64,000 nt of DNA from an uncultured Gammaproteobacteria bacterium (GCA_964616135.1 CAZTTQ010000001.1:43875-107874); one strand, 5' to 3'; shown: positions 37,817 through 47,661, counted from the first letter of the stretch. A program made the numbers and translations. Notes: generated from the letters alone by a model not told the origin.

Positions 37817-39283
37817 CTACTTGGCCAGGTTTTTGAGGGCGAGATCCAGACGGCGCAAGGTTTCGGCCTTGCCGAGGATCCAGGCGAATTCGAACGGGCC
37901 GGGAGACATGGCGCGGCCGGACAGCGCGACGCGGGTCGGCCACAGCACGTTGCCGTTTTTGAGTCCGTTGGCGGCGATGTAGCCGAGCACTTCCGCTTCC
38001 AGCGCCTTCAGGTCCGCGAACGCCGCTTCCGGAAGGCCGTCCAGCAGTTTGGACACGGCCTGCAGGCTGCGGATGGCGTCCTTCGCGTCCGCTTTCTTCC
38101 AAACGAGCAGGGACGGCTCATACGCGGGCAGCGCGGCAAACGTTTCCACGGACGCGTTGATGTCCGACAGCTTCACCAGGCGCGCGCGCTCGACGGCGCA
38201 GAGTTTAAGAAGGAGCGTTTCTTCCACGGGCGCCGCCAGGAACGGACGGCAGAGGTCCGCGAGCTCCTCCGGTGTTTTCTTTTGGAGGTACTGCTGGTTC
38301 ATCCAGTCCAATTTTTCCAAGTTGAAGACGCCTCCGGCGCTGTTCACCTTGGACAGGTCGAAGAGCGAGATCATTTCCTCCCGCGTATAGATTTCCTGGT
38401 CGCCCTTGGGATTATAGCCGATGAGCGAGAGGAAGTTTTCCAACGCCTCGGGCAGGTAGCCCTTCGCCAAATAGTCTTCCACCGCGACGTCGCCCTGACG
38501 CTTGGACAATTTGCTCTTGTCCGCGTTTAGGATGAGCGGCAGGTGGGCGTACACGGGCTTTTCCCAACCGAACGCGTCAAAGAGACGGTAGTGCTTGGGC
38601 AGCGAAGACAACCACTCTTCCCCGCGGATGACGTGGGTCGTGTCCATCAGGTGGTCGTCCACGGCGTGGGCGAGGTGGTACGTCGGGAAGCCGTCCGTCT
38701 TGAGGGCGATGAAGTCCTCTTGGTCGGCGTTCGGGAAGCGGACCGTGCCGCGGATGACGTCCTTGGTTTCCGTGACGCCTTCGTCCGGCATGCGGACGCG
38801 GATGACGTGCGCCTCGCCGGCAGCGGCGCGCTTGGCACTTTCTTCCGCGGACAATTTCACGCAGGCGCGGTCATACTTGAGCGGCTGCTTGGTAGCTTCC
38901 TGGACCTTGCGCACTTCGTCCAGGCGTTCGCGGGTGCAGAAACAGCGGTACGCGTGGCCGTCCGCGACCAACTGGGCCGCGTACTTCTTATACAAGTCCA
39001 AGCGGTTGGATTGGACGTACGGGCCTTTGTCTCCCTTTTCCGCTAGCGTGCCGTCCGCCTTCAGCACGGGGCCTTCGTCATACTCAATGCCAAGTCGGCC
39101 CAAGGTGCGGATGAGCGCCTCTACCGCGCCAGGAACGAGGCGTTCCTGGTCCGTGTCTTCGATGCGGACGAAAAACGTGCCACCGTTTTGGCGGGCGACG
39201 TAGTACGCGTAAAGGGCGGTGCGCAAATTGCCGACGTGCAGGTAGCCGGTCGGCGACGGGGCGATACGGGTGCGAACGCGCAT
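37817..39283 (-). CDS. gltX: Glutamate--tRNA ligase
   Basis: RIAPSPTGYLHVG, RIEDTD, HVIRGEEW, KLSKR. Confidence 0.97.
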   Translation of the reverse strand: MRVRTRIAPSPTGYLHVGNLRTALYAYYVARQNGGTFFVRIEDTDQERLVPGAVEALIRTLGRLGIEYDEGPVLKADGTLAEKGDKGPYVQSNRLDLYKKYAAQLVADGHAYRCFCTRERLDEVRKVQEATKQPLKYDRACVKLSAEESAKRAAAGEAHVIRVRMPDEGVTETKDVIRGTVRFPNADQEDFIALKTDGFPTYHLAHAVDDHLMDTTHVIRGEEWLSSLPKHYRLFDAFGWEKPVYAHLPLILNADKSKLSKRQGDVAVEDYLAKGYLPEALENFLSLIGYNPKGDQEIYTREEMISLFDLSKVNSAGGVFNLEKLDWMNQQYLQKKTPEELADLCRPFLAAPVEETLLLKLCAVERARLVKLSDINASVETFAALPAYEPSLLVWKKADAKDAIRSLQAVSKLLDGLPEAAFADLKALEAEVLGYIAANGLKNGNVLWPTRVALSGRAMSPGPFEFAWILGKAETLRRLDLALKNLAK

Positions 39284-39293
39284 AAGAAAAGGC

Positions 39294-40100
39294 TTAGCGC
39301 CCGGCAAGGAGAAGGCCGAAGACGCGGCGGCAGGCGGAGAAGAATTTTTTCTGCTTGAGTGTAGCCAAAGCGACGGTGGTTGGGAAGACAACGACGGCGC
39401 GGGCGATCCGGACGAACCGGCGCGGTTCCAGGCCCAGGCGCCACAGCCATTCCCACCCTCGGTCACGCCAAGCCTGCGGCGCGCGCGGGAGAACGCCTCC
39501 CAGCATTTCCAGGGCGCCGCCGACGCCGATGGCGACGCGGACGTCCGGGAATCCGGACAGAACCTCTTCCATGAACAGTTCTTGCTTCCCCTGGCCGAGC
39601 GCCACCGCGACGACCGACGGGCGGCGGAGGCGGAACAGGTCCCGCGTGCTGGGTGACATGGTCCATGTCCCGTTTTCCGCGCGCAAAACCGTGCCGGGGT
39701 CATGGGCCTCAACCCGGAGCGTTGGGTACAGGCCGCGCAGATAGGCGGCGGCCGCTTCCCCGCTGCCCGTTTTGCCGCCAAGAAGCATCAAGGACTTTCC
39801 ATGTGCCGCGCACATGGCCGCCAACTCCTTTAGGACGTCCACGCCCGCGTGGCGATGCTCCAACCGGTCGCCGAACGCGGCGGCGGCGTACTGCAGGCCG
39901 ACGCCGTCCGGAACGGAGAGATCCGCCCGGTTCAACCGGGCGGCAAAGGCCTCATCTTTTTTGGCCTGCAGGAGGATTTCCGGGTTTGGCGTGACGACCG
40001 TATGCAAGCGCGGTTCTTCAAACCACGCCTCTACAAGCCCCCGCAGCTCCGCGAGGGTCAGGTCTTGGACGACGACACCGAACAGGGGGACGGGACGCAC
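39294..40100 (-). CDS. WecB/TagA/CpsF glycosyltransferase
   Basis: VTPNPE, PDGVG, ALGQGKQE, GVGG, RAP..EWLWRL..EPRR; GTG start inferred. Confidence 0.85.
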   Translation of the reverse strand: MRPVPLFGVVVQDLTLAELRGLVEAWFEEPRLHTVVTPNPEILLQAKKDEAFAARLNRADLSVPDGVGLQYAAAAFGDRLEHRHAGVDVLKELAAMCAAHGKSLMLLGGKTGSGEAAAAYLRGLYPTLRVEAHDPGTVLRAENGTWTMSPSTRDLFRLRRPSVVAVALGQGKQELFMEEVLSGFPDVRVAIGVGGALEMLGGVLPRAPQAWRDRGWEWLWRLGLEPRRFVRIARAVVVFPTTVALATLKQKKFFSACRRVFGLLLAGR

Positions 40101-40219
40101 ATGGGGGCACGGTAGCGCGAATAGGGAGGAAAAGAAAGGGGGCGCGGGTCTTGCCCGCACCCGCCTTTTCTGGTACCTTCCGGGTCCACGTCCGATCATT
40201 CCATCCGTCCGGAGGCCCC

Positions 40220-40657
40220 GTGGAAGTCTCGTTCCTGTCCGCTCGTGAACTGCAGCAGCGCTATCCATCCGCAACCAAGGCGTTCCGCCCGCCTGGCGGC
40301 CGCCACCCGTACGCGTTTGTCGCGACGAAGACGGAGGCCGTGGTCGGCGACGTCGGGAACCACCTGGCGCTGGCGCTTGCCGCGTGGCCGCCGTTCCCGG
40401 TGGACCTCACGTCCTATCTGCTCCGCGCGGTTTCCTTGGACACCCGTACCCAGGTGGTCGGGCTGGTCCGGCCGCACGTCGTCGTCGGCGGCCTGCTCGA
40501 CGTGCAAGGGATCGTGCGTTCGTGCGAGTGTCCCTCCGTCGGCGTCTTTTTCAGCGAACAGGACACCCCGCACGAAACGGTCCTGTACCTGAACGACCTG
40601 CGCGCGGCACTCTACGATTTCTTCGCGGAGCGGCGGCGCGCCCACCTCTCTCCCTGA
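40220..40657 (+). CDS. Hypothetical protein (accessory class)
   Basis: GGAGG 4 nt before GTG, paired in a hairpin; terminator GACCCGG..CCGGGTCTTTTTT. Confidence 0.55.
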   Translation: MEVSFLSARELQQRYPSATKAFRPPGGRHPYAFVATKTEAVVGDVGNHLALALAAWPPFPVDLTSYLLRAVSLDTRTQVVGLVRPHVVVGGLLDVQGIVRSCECPSVGVFFSEQDTPHETVLYLNDLRAALYDFFAERRRAHLSP

Positions 40658-40677
40658 CCCGGCTTCCCGGGTCTTTT

Positions 40678-41679
40678 TTATACGGTGAACCGTCCGTCTT
40701 GGAATACCACGTCTTCGTCGATGAACACGCGGTCCGTATCCACGAACACGTCGATGTGGTACCGGCCGTCCTTGCGGGACAATCCGGGCTTGGCGTAGAT
40801 GGGGTGCTTCGCCCCGATGGACAGATGGACGCCCGTCATGCGTTCGTACGCGGTGATGTCGTCCACGACGCGGTGGCGGTCCATGGCCGGGTTCAACCCC
40901 AAGCCGAATTCCCGTACGAGCGGTCGTTCATGGCCCGAAACCAGTTCCATGACTTTGGCGAAATCCGCCGGCGCCGCGCTCCAGTCCGTGACAAGCCCGT
41001 CTTTCACTTCCAGGCGGAACGGCTCCACAATGCGGACGATGTGGTCGTCCGGAGCGTAGCCGTACACCAGAACCGCGCCGTTCACGCGGGTGAGATCCGC
41101 CGGCTCCGTGAAGACTTCCCCGATCGGGAATCCTCCGCCGACGTTTTTCAGTCCCTCATAGTTCCCCGTGTTCATTTTGGCGGGCTCCATGGCCCCGTCA
41201 TAGCGCAATTCGGCGCCGTGGCACACCACGCGGGCCGAGGCGCAGCGGTCGAGGCGTTCTTTCAGGCGGCGGCCGACGGCGCCGTCGCGTTCCGGGTGGA
41301 AGCCGAGCGACGCGACGTACGTGGCTTCCTGTGTCGGCGGGATGCGGTTCAGATGGCCGTGTTCGACCACTTTTAGCCCGCGGGCGAACAGTTCCACGCG
41401 GATGCGGAATTCGTTCAGGCGGAAATTGGCCGACTGGACGAGCACGACCAGTTCGCCGGGGACGCAGGCGTTCAGCGCGTCCTTGGTGGCGTCGACGCCC
41501 GCTTGGTCAAAATCCAGCACGCGCGCCCGCGGCAAAACGGCCTTGTACGCGTCGGTCAGTACGCGCGACAACGGGGACTGCAGGTCGAATACCAACAAGG
41601 CCGGCGCGTCGGCCGGGTGCCGGATGGCGTCCCGGACGATGGTGCCGGCGTGCTGCGTCGCAAGGGCGAGGAGGTCCAT
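40678..41679 (-). CDS. M29-like (thermophilic metalloprotease family) aminopeptidase
   Basis: PIGEVFTEP, REFGLGLNP, ERMTGVHLSIG, HIDV. Confidence 0.75.
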   Translation of the reverse strand: MDLLALATQHAGTIVRDAIRHPADAPALLVFDLQSPLSRVLTDAYKAVLPRARVLDFDQAGVDATKDALNACVPGELVVLVQSANFRLNEFRIRVELFARGLKVVEHGHLNRIPPTQEATYVASLGFHPERDGAVGRRLKERLDRCASARVVCHGAELRYDGAMEPAKMNTGNYEGLKNVGGGFPIGEVFTEPADLTRVNGAVLVYGYAPDDHIVRIVEPFRLEVKDGLVTDWSAAPADFAKVMELVSGHERPLVREFGLGLNPAMDRHRVVDDITAYERMTGVHLSIGAKHPIYAKPGLSRKDGRYHIDVFVDTDRVFIDEDVVFQDGRFTV

Positions 41680-41789
41680 ATCGCGGGAAGGATACGGCAA
41701 AACGCCTTCCGCGGGAAGGGTTGACGCGCCGCGTGTTTTCTGGTTGAATGCGACGTCCGGCAGTCGGACACTGTCCCGAGGTGCAGCCC

Positions 41790-42713
41790 ATGGTGAAGAA
41801 AGCTTCCCCCTCACGTCAGGGGAAACGGTCGTCGAGGGGGTCTTCCTCTTCGCTCGGCGTGGATGCCTGGTTCCGTTACCAGGCGGAGATCAGCTCGCAT
41901 CCGATCCTGACGGCAGAGGAAGAACAGGATCTTGCACGGCGGTTTCGGGACGAAGGCGACCTGGACGCCATGCACGCGCTTATCACCTCGAACCTCCGGT
42001 TCGTCGTGAAGGTCACCTACGAGTACCGCAGCTACGGCTTTCGGCTGGCCGACCTCGTGCAGGAAGGCAACATCGGGCTCATGAAGGCCGTCCGGAAGTT
42101 CGACCCGGACCGGAATATCCGGCTCATCACGTACGCTGTCTGGTGGATCCGCGCGTACATCCAGAGCTTCATCCTGAGGAACTGGAGCCAGGTGAGGTTG
42201 GGAACGACCAATGCGCAGCGCACGCTGTTCTTCTCCCTTGCCCGCGTCCAGCGCGAGCTGGAACGGATGGGCGAAGAAGAGACCACGGACGAATCCATCG
42301 CGGAGCTGCTCCGGACCAAGCCGGAAGAGGTGCGCAACATGCGCGCCCGGCTCGAGGCGCGGGACGTGTCGCTCGACACGCCCGTCGGCGAGGAAGGGAC
42401 GGCGACGGCGCTGGACTTCCTCTCGGACGCGGCGCAATTGTCCGCGCACGATCTCCTGGAGGACGCGACGCGCGGACGCCTGGTCCGCGACCAGGTCGCC
42501 CGGGCGTTACGGTGCCTGAACCCGCGTGAGCTCTACGTCGTCAAGCAGCGGGTCATGGCCGATCCCCCCATGCCGCTCCAGGACGTCGGCAAGCATTTCG
42601 GCGTTTCACGCGAACGCGCCCGCCAAATCGAGGTGCGGGCGAAGCAGCGTCTCCGCTCCATCCTCGGCGCGTACCTGGAAATCCCGCTTGAGGACGAAGA
42701 AGAGAAGAAGTGA
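41790..42713 (+). CDS. RpoH (sigma32)-family RNA polymerase sigma factor (accessory class)
   Basis: SNLRFVV, DLVQEGNIGLMKAVRKFDP, YAVWWIRA, RpoH-box-like GTTNAQRTLFFSLAR, VSRERARQIE. Confidence 0.9.
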   Translation: MVKKASPSRQGKRSSRGSSSSLGVDAWFRYQAEISSHPILTAEEEQDLARRFRDEGDLDAMHALITSNLRFVVKVTYEYRSYGFRLADLVQEGNIGLMKAVRKFDPDRNIRLITYAVWWIRAYIQSFILRNWSQVRLGTTNAQRTLFFSLARVQRELERMGEEETTDESIAELLRTKPEEVRNMRARLEARDVSLDTPVGEEGTATALDFLSDAAQLSAHDLLEDATRGRLVRDQVARALRCLNPRELYVVKQRVMADPPMPLQDVGKHFGVSRERARQIEVRAKQRLRSILGAYLEIPLEDEEEKK

Positions 42714-42720
42714 TCTCCCC

Positions 42721-42758
42721 TCCCCCGCCTCCGCCACTCGGAGACGGGGTCTTTTTTA
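42721..42758 (+). terminator. Intrinsic terminator
   Basis: CCCCGCCTCCG..CGGAGACGGGG followed by TCTTTTTT. Confidence 0.75.
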
Positions 42759-42769
42759 TGCGGACAGGT

Positions 42770-43579
42770 TTATGCGGACAGGACGACTTCCACCGGGCAG
42801 TGGTCGCTGCCCATCTGCGAGGCGAGGATGGCGGCGGACCTGATGCGGCTTTTCAGCGCCTTGCTGGCCAGCCAGTAGTCGATGCGCCAGCCGACGTTGC
42901 GCGCGCGGGCGTTCGCCCAGTGCGTCCACCAGGAATAGTGGCCGTTCCCTTTGGTGAACAGGCGGAACGTGTCGAGGAATCCGGCGTCCAGGAACGCCTG
43001 GAATCCGGCGCGTTCCTCCTCCGTGAACCCGTGTTTGCCGACATTCTGCTTGGGGTTTGCCAGGTCGTCTTCCGTATGGGCGACGTTGAAGTCCCCGGAG
43101 ACCAACACGGGCTTGGTCTTTTCCAGCAGCTTCACGTGGGCCAAGAACGCCGGATCCCAGTGTTTTTTCCGCAGGTCCAGGCGCGACAAGTCCTCTTTGC
43201 TGTTGGGCACGTAAGCCGTGACCACCCAGAAGTCCTTGAACTCCGCGCTGATGACGCGGCCTTCGCACGTCGGGTCGCCGTATTCGTCCGCACCGAGTTT
43301 GTATTTTTCCGCAATGCCGTCCGCAAAGCCGTAGAGAACGGAGATCGGCTTTTCCTTGCTGAAGATGGCGGTGCCGCTGTAACCGGCTTTTTCCGCGCTG
43401 TTCCAGTATTCCTCATAGTCCGGCAGGTCCACGTCGGCCTGGCCTTGCTTTGCCTTGGTTTCCTGCAGGCAGAGGACGTCGGGTTCGTACGCTTCAATGA
43501 ACGCGCGAAAATCCCCCTTGTTCAACACGGCGCGGATCCCGTTTACGTTCCAGGAAATGAGGCGGAGGGTTTTGGGCAT
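42770..43579 (-). CDS. xth: Exodeoxyribonuclease III / AP endonuclease
   Basis: SWNVNGIRA, LQETK, GDFNVAH, GWRIDY, SDHCP. Confidence 0.93.
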   Translation of the reverse strand: MPKTLRLISWNVNGIRAVLNKGDFRAFIEAYEPDVLCLQETKAKQGQADVDLPDYEEYWNSAEKAGYSGTAIFSKEKPISVLYGFADGIAEKYKLGADEYGDPTCEGRVISAEFKDFWVVTAYVPNSKEDLSRLDLRKKHWDPAFLAHVKLLEKTKPVLVSGDFNVAHTEDDLANPKQNVGKHGFTEEERAGFQAFLDAGFLDTFRLFTKGNGHYSWWTHWANARARNVGWRIDYWLASKALKSRIRSAAILASQMGSDHCPVEVVLSA

Positions 43580-43662
43580 AACGCGGGCAGTATACCACTT
43601 GCGCGGGCGGCGAAAACGTAGTAGGTTCGGGGACCGGCATTGGTGCCGATAGGAGTCGACGG

Positions 43663-44496
43663 ATGTCCGCAGATGTCGAAAAAGCGCTGGACCGCGCCCT
43701 GAAGTACATTCTCGAAACGTATCGGGAGCACGTTAGGACTTCCATGCCGAACGACACGGTCCTCATGCTCTCCCGGTTCTGCCGGGGCATAACGCAGTCG
43801 TTGGATAGCCCCGAGGGGGAGGAGACCCGCCGATTCATGGTCGCGGCACGTCCCCAGGGGATGTCCGAGGACGAAGCGGACTTCCAGTACGCTCTGGCGT
43901 TCTTCGCAATCCTCCTTGTCCAGTACGACCCCGAGGTCTACCGGCGTCTCCGCAAGGTCTTTCTCACGTCTCATCCGGACGGAACCGGGCGGATCCCGCC
44001 GCGCCCGGCTCCGGCGGATCTGCGCCTGACCGCCCTGCGTCTCCGGGCACAGGTCGCGGATTGCGTTCCGACCATCGAGCCGCTGATCGCACGGGGCGAG
44101 TACGACCGTGCCGAAGGCTTCCTTAAGGAGGCCGAACGGGCAGCGCGTGTCCGTCAGGAGCGCGCCGATCTGGAGGCGGAGGCGTCTGCCCTCGGCGTCC
44201 CCTTCCCGGCCGACGAGGCGTCCGACCGGATCCGCCTCCGCTTGGCGAAAGCCCGCCGCGTCCAGCGTGCGCGGCAGGAAGACGAACGGCGGCAGGCGGA
44301 GGCGATGCGCCTGCGGGATCTGGAGCGGGAACGCCGCCGGCAGGAGCTGGCGCGCCTCTCCGGTCTGTGGGAACGGACGCCCGTGCACAAACGTCCGTCC
44401 GAGGCCGCGCTTGCGCAACTCACCACGCTCGTCGACGCGGCCAAGCCCCGGGACTTCCGCAAGGCATGTCACGTCTTCGAACGGCAACTCTCCTGA
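43663..44496 (+). CDS. Hypothetical coiled-coil protein (accessory class)
   Basis: AGGAG SD; terminator GAACCGC..GCGGTTCTTTTTT; possible HPD motif. Confidence 0.65.
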   Translation: MSADVEKALDRALKYILETYREHVRTSMPNDTVLMLSRFCRGITQSLDSPEGEETRRFMVAARPQGMSEDEADFQYALAFFAILLVQYDPEVYRRLRKVFLTSHPDGTGRIPPRPAPADLRLTALRLRAQVADCVPTIEPLIARGEYDRAEGFLKEAERAARVRQERADLEAEASALGVPFPADEASDRIRLRLAKARRVQRARQEDERRQAEAMRLRDLERERRRQELARLSGLWERTPVHKRPSEAALAQLTTLVDAAKPRDFRKACHVFERQLS

Positions 44497-44564
44497 ACCG
44501 CCTTGTGCGGTTCTTTTTTTGCGCCGCCCCTGATAAAAAATCCCCCGTTCGAAAGAAGGGGGGA

Positions 44565-44942
44565 TCAAGAATCTTCCCGGGCAAGTGCCCGCGCCGCCTC
44601 GCGTGCCGCGGTCGTCACGCGGCGCTCAACCCGTGCGATCTCGGCGGATGCGTTCGCCAGACGTTCCTTCACGTCCGCCAGCAGCCGGCCCGTCCGCGTC
44701 GTGCTGCCGAAGCCGGCCCCTTCCATCGTTTCCAGCGTCGCCGCGACGAATTCGAGCTCCGCCTTGGGCACGCCGACGGCCGCGCGCGCCACCCGGGCCC
44801 CGTGCGTCTGGACGAGGCCGACGGCCGCGTCCAGGGCGATGATGCTCCGTTCAAGCGCCTGCAACCGTTCGACCAACTTGCTTTGCGCGTAACTGTCGGT
44901 CAGCTTGCCGGCGCGTTTCCGTTCCTGCGCTTCATCCGTCAT
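44565..44942 (-). CDS. Hypothetical helical protein (accessory class)
   Basis: GGAG SD; TTGACG upstream; terminator at 44535-44565. Confidence 0.6.
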   Translation of the reverse strand: MTDEAQERKRAGKLTDSYAQSKLVERLQALERSIIALDAAVGLVQTHGARVARAAVGVPKAELEFVAATLETMEGAGFGSTTRTGRLLADVKERLANASAEIARVERRVTTAAREAARALAREDS

Positions 44943-45056
44943 GCGTTTCTCCGGGGGAATGTCCGCGGCATACGCTGGCACGTTTTTCGCGGAACGTCAA
45001 TGGACTTCCCCTAGGTGCTTAAACGAAAATCCACGCGGATGCGTGGATGTCCTGCC

Positions 45057-45455
45057 TTACACCGCCAACCGTTGCAACAGCTTGTGCAGCAGGGCGATTT
45101 CCGGCGCGGCCATGCGGGAGAAGATGCCGGCGCCGTGTTCCTCCAACGCCTCACGCAGCTGGCCGGCGGCCTTTTTGCCGTTGGCGGTGAGTGAGAGCAT
45201 CTTGGCGCGCTTGTCCTTGCCGGTCTTTTTGCCGACCAGTTTTTCTTCTTCCAGCTTGGCGATCTGCTCCGACATGGCGGCCGGTTTCATGGCCAGGTGT
45301 TCTCCCAGCTCCGACAGCGTGACCGGAGCGTCTTCCAGGCCGATCAGGATGGCGGCGGTCAGCATGGAGTCCGTGCTGCCGGCCTTGGCCGCGAATTTCA
45401 CGCGGCGGCCGACGCGGTACAGGGCCAGGAGGGTCTCGGTCTTTTCGTATTTCAT
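45057..45455 (-). CDS. MarR family regulator
   Basis: TLSELGEHL..KLEEEKLV..DKRAKMLSLTANGK. Confidence 0.88.
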   Translation of the reverse strand: MKYEKTETLLALYRVGRRVKFAAKAGSTDSMLTAAILIGLEDAPVTLSELGEHLAMKPAAMSEQIAKLEEEKLVGKKTGKDKRAKMLSLTANGKKAAGQLREALEEHGAGIFSRMAAPEIALLHKLLQRLAV

Positions 45456-45489
45456 ACTTCACCTAGTATTACGGTTTCCGAACCTGCCG

Positions 45490-46458
45490 TCAAGTCCCCT
45501 CCTCTGCCGCGCAGGCGGCGAACGTGCGGGTAAACAGGGCGCGGTCCAGGGCGCGGCCAATCAGTACCACGTCGCTCCGGCGCTCTTCCCCCTCCTTCCA
45601 CGGACGGTCAGGCAGCGTTTCGAAATGGTGGTGCACGCCTTGGAAGACGAAGCGCTCCTCGCGTCCCTCGATGAAGAGGATGCCCTTGTAGCGCATGAGC
45701 TGGTCCCCGTTCAGCAACAGCGTTTCCGCGACCCAGCGGGACACCTTGGCCAGCGCGAGCGGTCGGGTTTCCTTTAACGCCACGCTCATCACGGCCGGGT
45801 TGTGGCCGTGGCGGTCTTGGGAAAAGCCCGTGGCGCGTTCATACGCCCGTCCGGAGGCGTTGGGCGCGAAGAGAACGTCCAGCGGGAGCTCCGAGCGCAC
45901 CGTGCGGACGACGCGGACGTGCTCGTTGTATTTCCGGATGACGTCCTCCAGTCTGCGCAGCGCGTCGGGGGCGACCAGGTCCGTCTTGTTGAGCAGGACG
46001 ACGTCCGCCGCGGCCAACTGTTCCGCCGCCTCCTTGGTTTCGGCCAGCTGGCCCTCCAAGTGGAACGCGTCCGCCACGGTGACGATGGAATCCAGCGCGT
46101 ACGCCTTGGCGAGCGAGGGGCGGTTCAGGAACGCCTTTACCAACGGGAACGGGTCGGCCAGGCCCGTGGTTTCGATGAAGACGCGTTCGAGACTCCCTCC
46201 CTCCCGCTTCAATTCCAACAGCTGCACCAACGCGTTGGCGGTGTCGCCGAGGGCGGCGCAGCAAATGGCGCCGTTCGACAGGGTCACGGTGGCGCCGGTG
46301 CCTTCCGGCAGGATCTGGTCGTCGATGCCGACGTCGCCGAATTCGTTCACCACCACCGCGACGCGGCGGCCGTGGAAGTCGTTCAGCAGGCGGTTCAACA
46401 GCGTGGTTTTGCCCGCGCCGAGAAAGCCGGTGATGAGGGTGACGGGGATGTGGGACAT
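45490..46458 (-). CDS. CobW/COG0523 metallochaperone GTPase
   Basis: TGFLGAGKTT, NEFG, GAICC, IETTGLADP, NKTD, CobW_C RYKG..FQGV. Confidence 0.92.
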   Translation of the reverse strand: MSHIPVTLITGFLGAGKTTLLNRLLNDFHGRRVAVVVNEFGDVGIDDQILPEGTGATVTLSNGAICCAALGDTANALVQLLELKREGGSLERVFIETTGLADPFPLVKAFLNRPSLAKAYALDSIVTVADAFHLEGQLAETKEAAEQLAAADVVLLNKTDLVAPDALRRLEDVIRKYNEHVRVVRTVRSELPLDVLFAPNASGRAYERATGFSQDRHGHNPAVMSVALKETRPLALAKVSRWVAETLLLNGDQLMRYKGILFIEGREERFVFQGVHHHFETLPDRPWKEGEERRSDVVLIGRALDRALFTRTFAACAAEEGT

Positions 46459-46460
46459 AC

Positions 46461-46805
46461 TTATTTGGTTTTGGCGCGCTTGGCTGCGGCGGCGGCGGCT
46501 TCCGCCCAGCGGACGGCTTCTTCCGGACGTTCCAGGATTTCCTCCGGCACGGAAAGGTAGCCCAGGGACACTTCCGTCCGGTCCTTGGCCGCGTAGGAGA
46601 ACGGTTCCCCGCCCGCCGCGGCCATCATGGCGCGGTTCTTTTCATCCACCTTAAGGTACAGGATGCCTTCCGCAACGATGCCGAAAAAGACGGAACCGGC
46701 GTACAGGCCATGCCCGCCGAACATGGCACGGGCCCGCAGCCCGGGCAGCCCGGCCAAGACGTCACCTAACACGTGTTCGACGAAACGGTCCGGTTTGCGG
46801 GCCAT
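46461..46805 (-). CDS. TfoX/Sxy N-terminal domain protein
   Basis: RAMFGGHGLY..LYLKVD. Confidence 0.85.
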   Translation of the reverse strand: MARKPDRFVEHVLGDVLAGLPGLRARAMFGGHGLYAGSVFFGIVAEGILYLKVDEKNRAMMAAAGGEPFSYAAKDRTEVSLGYLSVPEEILERPEEAVRWAEAAAAAAKRAKTK

Positions 46806-46911
46806 AGGAAGGATGGTGAGGGTCTTCTGTACCATGTTTCGCCCCGCGGCGGTAGGGGCGAGGGGCGCCCCATGTTCAAACGTCCGCGTTTGCCCTATTG
46901 TACTTCCTCGT

Positions 46912-47265
46912 ATGGATTTCACCGAATTCGAACGCCTGGTCTCCGAGGCCGTCGATTCCCTGCCCGCCCACGTTTCGTCCGAGTTGGACAACGTGGCGTT
47001 TCTGGTCGAACCCGCAAGCCCGAACGGCGACGCGTTGGGCGAATACATCGGCGTGCCGCGCACGGAGCGCATCGCGTCGGATCCGTTGGAGTTGCCGGAC
47101 CGCATCGTGCTCTACCATGCCGACATCGTGGACGAATGCGACGGGGATCCCGCGGCGATCAGGGTGGAAATAGAACGCACGCTGTGGCATGAGATTGGCC
47201 ACCACTTGGGTTGGGACGACGACGTGATGGAGGAAGTGGAACGCAGCAAAGGATGGCGGGAATGA
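46912..47265 (+). CDS. Zincin-like metallopeptidase (minimal)
   Basis: LGEYIGVP..LPDRIVLY..HEIGHHLG. Confidence 0.85.
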   Translation: MDFTEFERLVSEAVDSLPAHVSSELDNVAFLVEPASPNGDALGEYIGVPRTERIASDPLELPDRIVLYHADIVDECDGDPAAIRVEIERTLWHEIGHHLGWDDDVMEEVERSKGWRE

Positions 47266-47357
47266 GGCGGACGGACCCTGGACAACGGGGTCCGTTTTTG
47301 CTAGGCCCCGCGCGCCTTAATGTCCGGATGTCCCGGACTTTTGGCAAGAGGTAGGCC

Positions 47358-47636
47358 GTGAAGCGTGACTTGTACTGGCTGTTTGATCAGGCGTTGCAGA
47401 TCCTGGATCCGGCGAAGGCGTTCGACCTCACATTCAACACGTCCGGATTCGGTCCGGACTACGCCGTGTACTTCCCTGACGACGAAGGGGCTGTGCGCTA
47501 CTCGAGCGAGTCGCCGCACCGCCTGAGGGTCGCCATCATCGAAGGCGCCCGCACGGGCCTGACCTGGGCCGGCACGCGACAACCCCCGCCGCTCCGATCT
47601 GGAGCCGGCGGGGATTTTTTATCGCTGAACGATTGA
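47358..47636 (+). pseudogene. Accessory ORF reading through its own terminator (possible pseudogene)
   Basis: GAGG SD and GTG start; no in-frame stop before the terminator at 47581-47620. Confidence 0.4.
47581..47620 (+). terminator. Repeated terminator, cluster 3 copy 1
   Basis: CCCCGCCGCTCCGATCTGGAGCCGGCGGGGATTTTTT. Confidence 0.85.
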
Positions 47637-47661
47637 CAAACCCCCCGTTTTGCTGTATAAG
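47633..47661 (+). promoter_or_regulatory. Sigma70-type promoter
   Basis: ACGA-TTGACA-N17-TATAAG; same ACGATTGACAAAC context as 7378-7389 and 10563-10575. Confidence 0.75.

Noticed and set aside
37817-39781. N-terminally extended 654-aa GltX, and similar extensions of TatD, AhpC and GreA in the ORF track
   Set aside because: The extensions overlap upstream genes; the true starts coincide with family N-terminal motifs.
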